Origin: Dehalococcoidia bacterium
GTDB lineage: Bacteria; Chloroflexota; Dehalococcoidia; Bin125
NCBI GenBank assembly: GCA_963555985.3
Contig: OY820591.1
Location: 3,081,413 to 3,145,412 of the forward strand
DNA: 64,000 nt
Direction of reading: 5' to 3'
The notes under the pieces are model-generated. The model was not told the origin of the DNA and did no database searches. It saw nothing but the letters and a program-made list of their open reading frames with translations. Both the position numbers and the translations under genes were made by a program. Numbering within the stretch: position 1 is the stretch's first letter; each line of letters opens with the position of its first letter. Below, piece by piece: positions 41,162-51,831 of this stretch.

Positions 41162-41791
41162 GTGATCACGAACGTCTACATTGACGGCTTCAATCTCTAC
41201 TACCGCGCACTCAAAGACTCTCCTTTCAGATGGCTCGATCCGCGCAAACTGACGGAAGCGCTGTTCCCGCAAGACGAGATCAGACGGATCTCCTACTTCA
41301 CTGCCAACCTCCTTCCCCGCGTGGCAAACCCGGGCCAGACGCGCCGGCAGCAAACCTACTTGCGTGCGCTCAACACCTTGCCGGGACTTGAAATTCACTA
41401 CGGATCGTTTCGCTCCGGCATCAAGCGTCGCCCGCTAGCGCAGCCGATACGGGGCATGCCGACCCACGTCGAGATCCTTGACTCGGAAGAGAAGGGTACA
41501 GACGTCAACCTGGCTACCCGCCTGCTGGTGGATGGGTTCAGGAGTGAATACGAGCAGGCCGTCGTCATCTCGAACGATGCCGATTTCGCCGCTGCAATGC
41601 GGTACGTGAAAGACGATCTTGGCTTGCGGGTCGTGCTCGTCAACCCCGACCGACACCGCAACAGCCCCAAGCAGTTGGCCGATGCAGCAACCTATGTGAA
41701 GAGACTCTGGAAGAGCCACCTGCGCCAAAGCCAGTTCCCGCCGACACTGACCGACCAAAAGGGCACCATCACCAAACCACAGGGCTGGTAA
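41162..41791 (+). CDS. NYN (LabA/DUF88, PIN-like) domain RNase
   Basis: VYIDGFNLY, EEKGTDVNLA, ISNDADF acidic motifs intact; GTG start at 41162. Confidence 0.92.
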   Translation: MITNVYIDGFNLYYRALKDSPFRWLDPRKLTEALFPQDEIRRISYFTANLLPRVANPGQTRRQQTYLRALNTLPGLEIHYGSFRSGIKRRPLAQPIRGMPTHVEILDSEEKGTDVNLATRLLVDGFRSEYEQAVVISNDADFAAAMRYVKDDLGLRVVLVNPDRHRNSPKQLADAATYVKRLWKSHLRQSQFPPTLTDQKGTITKPQGW

Positions 41792-41999
41792 TACGACCGA
41801 GAACGCGAGTACCGCCCGGAGTTGTCGGATTCCCCCGGCCCAATCATTGCTGCGTTCCGTCTCGGCAATCTCGAGGCGCAGACGAGGACAGCGCCGCACA
41901 TGGCGTCGTACTCGCGGCAAGCGCAGGTACGACGGAAACCTAGCGCCCGCCAATCTGCACAGACCCGAAGACCCAACACGCCCTGAGTATCATGGGGAC

Positions 42000-42434
42000 A
42001 TGACTGAGATTCGATCAGGCGCAGATCTGGAACGAGCCGTCGCACGAGCCGGCGAGGCGCTCGGGTTGGACGTTGAGACCCAGGTCGTCATGGGCGACCG
42101 CATCTGGGGACCGCGACGCCGCGTCGACGTGGTACTCAGCAAGCCGGATTCTGAGCGCATGATCGGAATCGACTGTAAATTTCAGCGAGTCGGCGGGAGC
42201 GCCGAGGAGAAGATTCCGCTGACTGTGGAGGACATAGAAGACTGGCCAATCCGGGGAATCGTGGTGCTCCACGGAGAAGGCTTCTCACGGGACTTCAAGC
42301 CATTTCTAAAAGGTCGCGGGCGGATCGTCGAATTCAAGCGGCTCCTGGAATGGTTGCGCTTCTACTTCCGACTGCCACGCGAGCAGGCAGAACAAGCGGA
42401 GATGCTGCTCAACAGAGAACTTCAGGCTGTCTGA
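42000..42434 (+). CDS. Small PD-(D/E)XK nuclease (restriction endonuclease-like)
   Basis: GADLE..RRVDVV..IDCKFQRVGGSAEEKIP..VLHGEGF. Confidence 0.75.
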   Translation: MTEIRSGADLERAVARAGEALGLDVETQVVMGDRIWGPRRRVDVVLSKPDSERMIGIDCKFQRVGGSAEEKIPLTVEDIEDWPIRGIVVLHGEGFSRDFKPFLKGRGRIVEFKRLLEWLRFYFRLPREQAEQAEMLLNRELQAV

Positions 42435-43252
42435 ATCAAATACTCCGACACAACCCCCCGACCACTCACATCCGCATTAATCGCCCGGCGAGCCGCAACC
42501 TCCGACATCTCAAACGCGCCACCCGCGTACAGACCCGCCACCGCCGGGTGACCCGAATTCGACAGCGTCACCGCCGCCCCCCGGCGCGCCAGCCGAGCGG
42601 CCGTCGCCGCCAACCGGCGCTGCTCCTCCGCCCCGAACTCCGACTTCGTATACGCCGTGAAATTCGCCGTCTCGCTCAGCGGCACATACGGCGGATCGAA
42701 ATACACAAAATCGCCCGACCCTGCCTCGCTTGGCGCCTCGGCGAAATCCGACACCCGCAACTCAACCCCTTGCAGCGCCTCCGACACCGCCCGCAAATTC
42801 GCCTCGGCGCAGATCGTCGGATTCGTGTAGCGGCCGTGAGGAACGTTGAACTCGCCCCGGCTGTTCACCCGATACAGCCCGTTGAAGCAGGTCTTGTTCA
42901 GAAAAATCATCCGCGCCGCCAGACCGACCTCGCAGGTCAGACGCTTGCGCCGAATCGCGTAGTAATAGTCGGCGCGGACGGGGCTGGCGCGGTACTTGCG
43001 CTGGTGGATATTGAGGACGTGGATCAGCTCCTCAACGTTGTCCCGCACCTGCCGCCAAGTGACGATCAGCTCCTCGTTGCTATCCGAGAGCACAGCGCGT
43101 TGAAAACGCCCCTCGTTCCGCAGCGCGAAGAACAGCGCCCCGCCGCCCAGAAACGGCTCGTAATAGGTCGCAATCCGCTCCGGCGCAGCCTCAAGCAGCT
43201 TCGGCAGCAGCGCCGTCTTACCGCCCGCCCACTTCAGAAACGGACGCGCCAT
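42422..43252 (-). CDS. Dam-like (D12 class) N6-adenine DNA methyltransferase
   Basis: PFLKWAGGK, YYEPFLGGGA, LNKTCFNGLYRVN, YFDPPY, LSNS. Confidence 0.94.
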   Translation of the reverse strand: MARPFLKWAGGKTALLPKLLEAAPERIATYYEPFLGGGALFFALRNEGRFQRAVLSDSNEELIVTWRQVRDNVEELIHVLNIHQRKYRASPVRADYYYAIRRKRLTCEVGLAARMIFLNKTCFNGLYRVNSRGEFNVPHGRYTNPTICAEANLRAVSEALQGVELRVSDFAEAPSEAGSGDFVYFDPPYVPLSETANFTAYTKSEFGAEEQRRLAATAARLARRGAAVTLSNSGHPAVAGLYAGGAFEMSEVAARRAINADVSGRGVVSEYLIQTA

Positions 43253-43253
43253 C

Positions 43254-43820
43254 TCAACCGCCCGCCTGCGCCATTGCGCGCTCAATCGCACGATCAATCC
43301 GCGTCATCAACAACTCCGCCCGCGACTCGAACATGTGCCGAACCCAATCGATCCGCCAGCGCTGGTCAAGCGACAGCAGGCCCTCAGCCAACGCCGTCTC
43401 TACCTCGTCCTCATCCTCGATTCGCACCTCGCCGTCGGGAAAGATGATCGCATCGAGCAGCAGATCGTGAAACTCCACACGCTCGCCGTCGCAGATCACG
43501 CGGTCGATCACGTCGAGCCGATAGACCCGCAAACTCCCGTCAGGCCGGTGCAAGCGATACGCGCCATAAGGCAGATGCGGCCACCAGACTCCCCAACTCG
43601 TAAACCCGCTCGCACCCGGATAGCGCGCCATCGCCAGCGGATCCGCATCCGCAACCCAGCGCCCCACGATCAGCTCCGGGCTGACCAGCCAGCGTTCGAG
43701 AGGGAACTCCTTGATCCCGCCGTCAAGCGCGACTTTGCGCTCCATCAGGCGTCCGGGGGGCGCAACCAGCGCGGGCGCCGCCGGGCTTGCGGAGGGCAAG
43801 GTATCGATGCTCTCGCTCAT
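43254..43820 (-). CDS. DUF402 domain protein
   Basis: FHDLLLDAIIFPDG..IEDEDE acidic motif. Confidence 0.75.
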   Translation of the reverse strand: MSESIDTLPSASPAAPALVAPPGRLMERKVALDGGIKEFPLERWLVSPELIVGRWVADADPLAMARYPGASGFTSWGVWWPHLPYGAYRLHRPDGSLRVYRLDVIDRVICDGERVEFHDLLLDAIIFPDGEVRIEDEDEVETALAEGLLSLDQRWRIDWVRHMFESRAELLMTRIDRAIERAMAQAGG

Positions 43821-43976
43821 GCGCGCAGGGTAACCGCGCAATGACAGAAATGGCGGCGTGCGGTCGTGTGGCGCTATGTCTGATCGTGATACATTGGCTG
43901 ACGGGTTTGGTGGGGTGTTCCCGTCTCGCTCGTTGGACTTGAGGATGCTTGTCCGCCGTGGCTGTGAGCCTGCTGA

Positions 43977-45293
<1,317 letters not shown>

Positions 45294-45328
45294 AGCCAAC
45301 CCTCGAACCACTTCCCCTCCCCCTACTT

Positions 45329-45455
45329 CCGTCATACCCGCGCCCCGTCGCGGAGCCTACCCCTGGCCTGAACAGGGGTATCTCGCCGTGGCCAGCACCC
45401 AACTCCAAAAGGCTCCGTCATACCCGCGCTTGCCGCGGGTATCTCGATGTGAGCA
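45329..45455. repeat. Two REP-like family A copies, the first with nested module C
   Basis: ccgtcatacccgcg at 45329 and 45415; agcctacccctggcctgaacagggg inside the first. Confidence 0.8.
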
Positions 45456-45567
45456 CTACCAACCACCCCAAACCGACAACCACAACACACCCAACCAACT
45501 TGCAAACCGAACATCCATCCAGATAAGCTCAAGAGTCCTTCATTCCCCAAGAAAGGAACACCCCGCC

Positions 45568-45948
45568 ATGCCCTTCCCCCACACCTACCAATCCTCCATG
45601 ACCGGCGTCGGCCAACTCGCCCACTCCGACGAAGCCGGACACGTCCGCATCAAAGCGCTCGCCCTCCTCATCCGCGAACTCTCCCCCTCCAACGCCAAGA
45701 CCCGCGAGATCCACCACGCCCTCGACATCCCACCCCACCCCGAACCCGCGCCCAAACCCCAAGCCAACCACTCCCCCCGCCTGCCCGAAGCTCCGCTCAC
45801 CGCCGAGCAGAAGAAGGACTTCCACCTCCACCCGGACCAGGACGAGTTCTTCAAAGCCTACGAAAGGATCGACGCCATCATGCGCGGTGAAGATGTACCC
45901 CTCAGCGAGGACGAGCAAAGCGCCGAAGAAGAGGAAGAGCCGCAGTAA
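45568..45948 (+). CDS. Hypothetical protein
   Basis: AAAGGA RBS; upstream TTGCAA..TAAGCT promoter-like pair; C-ending codons. Confidence 0.55.
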   Translation: MPFPHTYQSSMTGVGQLAHSDEAGHVRIKALALLIRELSPSNAKTREIHHALDIPPHPEPAPKPQANHSPRLPEAPLTAEQKKDFHLHPDQDEFFKAYERIDAIMRGEDVPLSEDEQSAEEEEEPQ

Positions 45949-46170
45949 TCCCCCGACCGCAAGCGGCGACCCCCTCGTTTTTTTCTCACAGCCCCGTCAG
46001 GCCGCGAACCGCGACCACCCAGTCCCTACCGTGCCTTAAACCCTCTCCCCCCTCTGCGGGGGGAGAGGTCCCGTAGAGCCTGCCCCCGCGAAGGCGGGGG
46101 ACAGAGGGGGGGCTACTCACCTATCCACCAACATTCCCCGCCTAGACTGCGCAAAGAGCAAAGTGCAGAC

Positions 46171-46704
46171 ATGTCCGAAACCGTCATCTCCATCCTCGTC
46201 ACCCTCCACGTCTTCGCCGTCGCCGTCTGGCTGGGCGGACAGATCGTTACCGCCGCCTGCGTCGTCCCCGCCCTTCGCGCCGTTGGCGACCGCACGCTTT
46301 GGCTCGATGCGCTTGAAGGCTTTACCCAGCGCTTCGGGCGGGTGGGGATCGCCGCGATGCTCATCATCGTGATCACCGGCGGCGCAATGGTCGATCCCCG
46401 CCTCGACCAGGCCCAAAACTTCGGCGACGGCTTCTACGACGCTCGCTGGGGCATCATCTTCGTCGTCAAAATGGCGCTCTGGGCGGTCATGATCGCCCTA
46501 ATCGGGCTGCACCAATTCGTGTTCGGCCCGCGCCAACTCGAATTGGCGCGTGAGACCGCGAACGCCGAGCAAGACACGCCCGAGCTGCGCCGTGTGCGTC
46601 TGCTCACGATCGCGCTCTCGATTCTGGGGCTGCTCTTCACGCTCGCGGTCGCAGGCGCGGGAGCCTTCCTCGGCAACCACAACTTCTCGATGAACGCCGC
46701 CTGA
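46171..46704 (+). CDS. CopD/DUF4149-like membrane protein
   Basis: LHVFAVAVWLGG, ITGG, VVKMAL, LH..FGPR; four hydrophobic helices. Confidence 0.78.
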   Translation: MSETVISILVTLHVFAVAVWLGGQIVTAACVVPALRAVGDRTLWLDALEGFTQRFGRVGIAAMLIIVITGGAMVDPRLDQAQNFGDGFYDARWGIIFVVKMALWAVMIALIGLHQFVFGPRQLELARETANAEQDTPELRRVRLLTIALSILGLLFTLAVAGAGAFLGNHNFSMNAA

Positions 46705-47648
46705 TGACGCAACTCAGCCTCCGCGCTGGCTTGGCCGCAATCGCTCTCGCTCTGGCCTGCCTGCTCTGGAGCGGCACGCACAGTCCGGCATCGGCCCAGG
46801 TCGAGACCGTCACGGCGCGCATCGCCGTGCGGGCGGCCTCGCCCCAGGTGCTCGAACTCTGCCTCGATCTGGGCGAACCGGCGGAACGTCTCTGCCCCGA
46901 GCAGCGCCGCTTCGCCCATGCCGGAGTCCCGCTCCAGCGTTGGTATCAGTCGGAGCGAGTCTGGATCGATGCGCAAAGCGCGGCCCGGATCCGGGTGCGC
47001 CGAATCCGCGAAGATCGGATTGAGTTCGCGCTGCTGCTCGAGACAGCGGGCGAGCGGGAGTTGCTGACGCCGGCTCAGCGTTACCTCACTCCCAGCCGCC
47101 TGAGAACAGGACGTTGGGTGCGCAGCTCCCCGGTCGAGCTCGTCTTGCTGGCGCCCGCCGCTCCGATTCCGGCAATTCCGGGAGCAGGCGTACCGGAAGG
47201 CGCGCCGGCGCTCGAACTGGGCCGGCGCGCGACCAACTTCTCGCTGCCCAGCCTGGACGACGAAACGGAACTGATCGAATTCGCCGACTATTACCTGCGC
47301 ACCCCCAACGCCGTCACCGTGATCATCTTCTGGAGCTCCTGGAGTCCGAACGATTCGATCACACTCACAGCGCTCAACCAAATCCAGAGCGAGCAGAACA
47401 ACGTGCGCGTGCTCGGCGTCAACATCTACGACCAGCCAGGCGACGCGCGAGCCCTCGCCAACTGGCTCGAACTCGAATTCACAAACGTCCGCGACGCCAC
47501 CGGCGGAGTCGCAGCCCACTACCTCATCGGCGGCCTGCCGGAGCTGTACTTCGTGGATGCGCGGGGGATCTATCGCGCGCTCGTGCAGGGAGCCGCGCCG
47601 ACGGAGATGATTCAGGCGGCGATCGATCAGACGGCGGCTGCGCGCTGA
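46704..47648 (+). CDS. Exported TlpA-like thioredoxin-fold protein lacking CxxC, with two N-terminal uncharacterised modules
   Basis: Signal peptide; ATNFSLPSLD, IIFWSSWSPND, VLGVNI, GLPELYFVDARG. Confidence 0.8.
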   Translation: MTQLSLRAGLAAIALALACLLWSGTHSPASAQVETVTARIAVRAASPQVLELCLDLGEPAERLCPEQRRFAHAGVPLQRWYQSERVWIDAQSAARIRVRRIREDRIEFALLLETAGERELLTPAQRYLTPSRLRTGRWVRSSPVELVLLAPAAPIPAIPGAGVPEGAPALELGRRATNFSLPSLDDETELIEFADYYLRTPNAVTVIIFWSSWSPNDSITLTALNQIQSEQNNVRVLGVNIYDQPGDARALANWLELEFTNVRDATGGVAAHYLIGGLPELYFVDARGIYRALVQGAAPTEMIQAAIDQTAAAR

Positions 47649-47744
47649 GGAGGCCTCTGCAAAACTCTCCCGTCGCGGCAATGACGGATCACGCGAACAG
47701 GCTCTAACCTCTCAGAGACAGCAATCAGCGGAGGGAGCAACGAG

Positions 47745-48635
47745 ATGCCCGAATACGAAGACATCCTCTACGAAACCAAGGGACGCCTGGGCATTGTCAC
47801 GCTCAACCGCCCCGAGAAGATGAACGCGCTCAGCCACCGCCTGCGCTCGGAACTCTTCGACGCGCTCAAGGAGGCCGAGAACGACGACGGCGTGCATGTC
47901 GTGATCATTCGCGGCGCGGGACGCACCTTCTCGGCCGGCTATGACATCACCCCGGTCCCCAACCTGTCCGAGTCGGAGTACCTCGACCTCCGCTCCGGTC
48001 TGCCCGACGTGGGCCCAATTCATCCCGGTCAGGGTCAGTGGCCCCAGCATCTGCTCTCCGGCTACTGGCAGATCTGGGAACTGGCCAAGCCCGTCATCGC
48101 CCAGGTCCACGGCTACGCGCTCGCTGGCGGCTCCGAACTGGCCTCGATGTGCGACCTGATGTACGTCGCCGAGGATGCGATCATCGGCTACCCGCCCGTG
48201 CGCGCCATGACGACGGTGGACATTCTCTACCACCCCTGGCACATGGGAATGCGCAAGGCCCGCGAGCTCTGCTACACCGGCGACTCGGTGACGGGGCTGG
48301 AGGCGGTCGAGCTGGGCTGGGCCAACCGCGCCTTCCCAGTCGACCAACTCGCCGAAGAGACCGAGCGCATGGGCGAGCGAATCGCCAACATCGCCCCGGA
48401 CATGGTGATGATGTCCAAGCGCGGCCTCAACCGCGCCTACGAGGTGATGGGCTTCCGCACCGCCCTCCAGGTCGGCGCGGACATCCAGGCCCTCTCCACC
48501 TTCCGCAAGTCCGCCGGCGAGTTCGGCCGCATCGCCCAGCAAAAGGGCCTCAAAGCCGCCCTCGACTGGCGCGACGGCCCCTTCCAGGACTACGGCGCCT
48601 CCCGCACCCGTCCCTCAGCGCCGAAGAACGCCTAG
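47745..48635 (+). CDS. Enoyl-CoA hydratase/crotonase family protein
   Basis: TLNRPEKMNAL, FSAGYDI, KPVIAQVHGYALAGG. Confidence 0.92.
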   Translation: MPEYEDILYETKGRLGIVTLNRPEKMNALSHRLRSELFDALKEAENDDGVHVVIIRGAGRTFSAGYDITPVPNLSESEYLDLRSGLPDVGPIHPGQGQWPQHLLSGYWQIWELAKPVIAQVHGYALAGGSELASMCDLMYVAEDAIIGYPPVRAMTTVDILYHPWHMGMRKARELCYTGDSVTGLEAVELGWANRAFPVDQLAEETERMGERIANIAPDMVMMSKRGLNRAYEVMGFRTALQVGADIQALSTFRKSAGEFGRIAQQKGLKAALDWRDGPFQDYGASRTRPSAPKNA

Positions 48636-48767
48636 CGCAATGCTCTCCCCCCGCACTGCGGGGGGAGATGCCCCAAAGAGCCTGCCCCCGCGAAGGCGGG
48701 GGGGCAGAGGGGGGTCCGGCCCAACGCCCACCAAACACGCCTGCCACTCCCCGTCATTCCCGCGAAG

Positions 48768-48933
48768 GGAGGCCTTTGCAAAATCCCCATATCCGTGATT
48801 CCTGCGCAGGCAGGAATCACGAAGCAACCAAGTGTGAAACCACTCCCAATCTGGTCGTACCACCGACCTCAGATTGCGCGATCCGCTCCTCCGAGGCAGC
48901 AGTCGCACGAGCTGGACTTTCGCAAAAGCCTCC
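48768..48933. mobile_element. MITE-like element (166 bp) with IS5/IS1106-like TIRs
   Basis: ggaggcctttgcaaaa ... tttcgcaaaagcctcc; GAAG duplicated on both sides; homologous to 53589-53778. Confidence 0.8.
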
Positions 48934-49070
48934 GAAGGCGGGGAGCTAGGGTGAGGGGAGACCCCGCACCCCCCAATTCCACCTAACTCGATACTGAGTT
49001 AGGATACCCAGCGTGCCCGATGCGCCCTCGCACGGGCGGGCGCGATCCAGAGGACGAACGACGAGCGAAT

Positions 49071-49688
49071 ATGCCCAGCAACAGCGGAATCCCTCAGTCC
49101 TTCGGCATCCTGATGACCTTCATCCTGCTGGCGGCAGGCGTCTTTGCGCTAGTCGGCTTCGCCGTCTACAAAGGCGCCGACCGCAACGTGGTTGAAGCCA
49201 AAGCACACTCCGAAGAAGCCGCCGTCGAGGGCTGGGAAACCGGCCTCTTCTGCGTCGAAGCGGGTCAGGAAGACGACCCCGCGCTCTCGGAGACGACCTT
49301 CGCGCCCGAAACCTGCGCCGCGCAGAGACAGTTCACAATCGAAGAACTCGACGCAGAAGCGGAAGCGGCGGCGGCCTACGACGCCTCAGCCGCCAGGGGC
49401 GCGGAACTCTACGTCGCCAACGGCTGCCAGGTCTGTCACGGAGACCTGGGTGAGGGCATCGTCGGCCCCACCATTGCCCAGACCGGTCTCGACATCAGAG
49501 GCGTACTGGAGCAGTACCGCAACCCGCGCGGGATCATGCAGCGCTTCTGGCCCGAAGACGTGACCCCCGAGAACGTCGCCGACATCTGGACTTGGCTGCA
49601 ATCCCTACCCGCCGTCGAAGAACTGATCGATCCCAACAGCGACGCCCTGGGTCACGAGAACTACGGTCAGTGGGCCACTGCTGAGTAG
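49071..49688 (+). CDS. Membrane-anchored monohaem cytochrome c
   Basis: N-terminal TM helix; GAELYVANGCQVCHG; downstream Met in PRGIM. Confidence 0.88.
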   Translation: MPSNSGIPQSFGILMTFILLAAGVFALVGFAVYKGADRNVVEAKAHSEEAAVEGWETGLFCVEAGQEDDPALSETTFAPETCAAQRQFTIEELDAEAEAAAAYDASAARGAELYVANGCQVCHGDLGEGIVGPTIAQTGLDIRGVLEQYRNPRGIMQRFWPEDVTPENVADIWTWLQSLPAVEELIDPNSDALGHENYGQWATAE

Positions 49689-49835
49689 CGCCGAGCCCCT
49701 ACCCCCCCCTCGTCCTGTTCCGCCATTCCTGCACTTTGCCAAGCGCTGAACAAGCCGGACCCCTCTCCTCCCGCTCTCTGTGTGCGGCGAACTCAACGCA
49801 CACTATCCTCAAAGCGTGAAAGGGTGGATGGTGCA

Positions 49836-50144
49836 ATGGCCGAACTCGGGATTCCGCGACGAGGTATTGATCGCTTGCCCCTGATCAGGCTGTTTCAGCG
49901 TGACGGATTCGCGGAGGACGTAGCGGAAGAAACGGCGACAGAGATCACCACCATCGTCACCGACCAGACGGACGGTCATCTCACGAATGATCAGATGACC
50001 CCCTACATGGAGCGGATCGCCAAGTGGATCGCGGAATCCGAAGCGCGGCAGCAAGAGTTCGTGATCAAAGCGATGGGCATCAGTATCGCGTTCCTCTCGA
50101 TCGAACTCGCCATCTTTGGCACTGTCATTGCCTTGGTCGGTTGA
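49836..50144 (+). CDS. Hypothetical protein with C-terminal TM helix (DUF1640-like)
   Basis: LFQRDGFAEDVAE..HLT pattern and hydrophobic C-terminus. Confidence 0.55.
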   Translation: MAELGIPRRGIDRLPLIRLFQRDGFAEDVAEETATEITTIVTDQTDGHLTNDQMTPYMERIAKWIAESEARQQEFVIKAMGISIAFLSIELAIFGTVIALVG

Positions 50145-50218
50145 ACCGGACGTGCTGACCCCGATCACCTCTCAGCTCGTATCCGCCCCATACAAGGGGC
50201 GTACGCAAGGAGTTCGCC

Positions 50219-50977
50219 ATGGGCCACTACGAATCCCCTGAAGACGCTTACTCGGCCTTCTTCGAACGCTTCAACGCCAAAGACGCCCAAGGCTGGGCGG
50301 GAGTCATGTCCTATCCGCATGTGCGGGTCTCGGCAGCCACCATCTCTCCGAACATCAAGAACACACCTGAGGAGTTCGAGTCCGCGGCCTCATGGGAACC
50401 CGTTGAGCGCGCCGGTTGGGCCCGGACGCAGCCCATCACGCCGCGCGTCGTGCACCATTCGTCCGACAAGGTCCACTTCGCCGGCGGCTGGACTCGATTC
50501 CGTGCCGACGGCTCCGCCATCAGCCGGAATCGGGTCCTGTACGTTGCGACCGAGATGGACGACGGCTGGGGCATCCAGGCGAGATTTGGAATCGAGGGCT
50601 GCCTCGAGGGCGAGGACGCCAGCGAATCGAATCAGGCGGCGATGGCGCTCATCGACCGCATGATGACCACACTCGCGGCCGGCGAAGTCGATGCCTGGCT
50701 GGATTGCTTCCACTACCCCAATGTCATCGTCTTCGCCCCTGGCCAACTGGAGTACTACGAGACGCGTGAGGCAGTGGATCAGGCGTATCGAGAGTATGCC
50801 AGCGCCGCCATACCGATCTCGCACGACTCACGGATCACGGCAACGGGACCGAGAGCCGCGCTGGTCGAACAGTCGATCACGCAGGGCGGCGACTACTTCG
50901 AGCAGTCGTTCCTGATCGTCGAACGCGACGGAGTCTGGGCCGCGTCGGCGGTCTCGGCCGTGCGGCCCGACGGGTAA
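50219..50977 (+). CDS. Tandem NTF2/SnoaL-like domain protein, paralog 1
   Basis: FFERFNAKDAQGWAGVMSYPHVR..WTRFRADG..WGIQAR; second half repeats the CFHYP pattern. Confidence 0.7.
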   Translation: MGHYESPEDAYSAFFERFNAKDAQGWAGVMSYPHVRVSAATISPNIKNTPEEFESAASWEPVERAGWARTQPITPRVVHHSSDKVHFAGGWTRFRADGSAISRNRVLYVATEMDDGWGIQARFGIEGCLEGEDASESNQAAMALIDRMMTTLAAGEVDAWLDCFHYPNVIVFAPGQLEYYETREAVDQAYREYASAAIPISHDSRITATGPRAALVEQSITQGGDYFEQSFLIVERDGVWAASAVSAVRPDG

Positions 50978-50987
50978 GGAGCATTCA

Positions 50988-51761
50988 GTGGGGCGCTACG
51001 AATCGCCCGAGGCAGCCTACTTCGCATTCCTCGAGACCTTCAACGCTCGAAACGCCCACGGCTGGGCCGGCGTTAACTCCTGGCCCCACGCGCGCGTCTC
51101 CGCCGCCGCTCCCGACAGTTCCGTGCATTGGCGTCCGCCGACTCGCGTGTTCGCCGATGCGGAAGAGTACCTGTCGGCTCCGCTCTGGGACGAACTGGAG
51201 GCGACGGGCTGGGTTCGCAGCGAATCCTCGCCGCCGCGAGTGGTGCAGTCGTCCTCGATCAAGGCGCACATCGCCGGCGGCTGGACTCGCTACGACGCAG
51301 ACGGCAAAGCGATGGCGTCGAACCGGATCGTCTACGTCGCCACCAAGACAGCGGAAGGTTGGGGTCTGCAAGCGCAGCTCAAGACCGACAGCTTCGTTGC
51401 AGGAGTGAACTATGCCGCTGAGGAGCAGGCAGCGCTCAACGCCGTGGAATCGGCGCTGGCTCTGCTGGGCGCGCGCGAAGTCGACGCCTATGCCAAAGCG
51501 CTCGCCTATCCGTTCACGCTCGTCGGTCCGCCGGGCGTCGTGATCCAGATCGGCGCCGCAGAGGAGATGGCTGCTGCAATGCGAAGTGTCGGCGATGATC
51601 AACTCGATGCGCCGCCGGGCTCGGCGCGGATCGTGAACTGCGGACGCAGCGGTGCGAACGTCACGTTCAGCGTGGAGCGGGACGGGGCGGTGCAGGAGGC
51701 GTTGGCGTTGGTAGGGATACGCAACGGAGCCTGGCAGCTGCTGGCGATTTCGGGGATGTGA
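50988..51761 (+). CDS. Tandem NTF2/SnoaL-like domain protein, paralog 2
   Basis: Clear paralog of the upstream gene (YESPE.AY.AF, GGWTRY.ADG, NR..YVAT). Confidence 0.7.
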   Translation: MGRYESPEAAYFAFLETFNARNAHGWAGVNSWPHARVSAAAPDSSVHWRPPTRVFADAEEYLSAPLWDELEATGWVRSESSPPRVVQSSSIKAHIAGGWTRYDADGKAMASNRIVYVATKTAEGWGLQAQLKTDSFVAGVNYAAEEQAALNAVESALALLGAREVDAYAKALAYPFTLVGPPGVVIQIGAAEEMAAAMRSVGDDQLDAPPGSARIVNCGRSGANVTFSVERDGAVQEALALVGIRNGAWQLLAISGM

Positions 51762-51831
51762 GCGGTTTATCTGCTATGCGACTGAGGGGGTGGACTTGAT
51801 GCACTTGCCAGGACTGCGTGGTGCGATGGTT

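Noticed and set aside
36985-43252. Prophage or integrative element
   Set aside because: No integrase, structural or conjugation genes; accessory genes are interleaved with ordinary metabolic genes
47330-47360. Selenocysteine in the TlpA-like active site
   Set aside because: Codons are AGT CCG AAC GAT; no in-frame TGA
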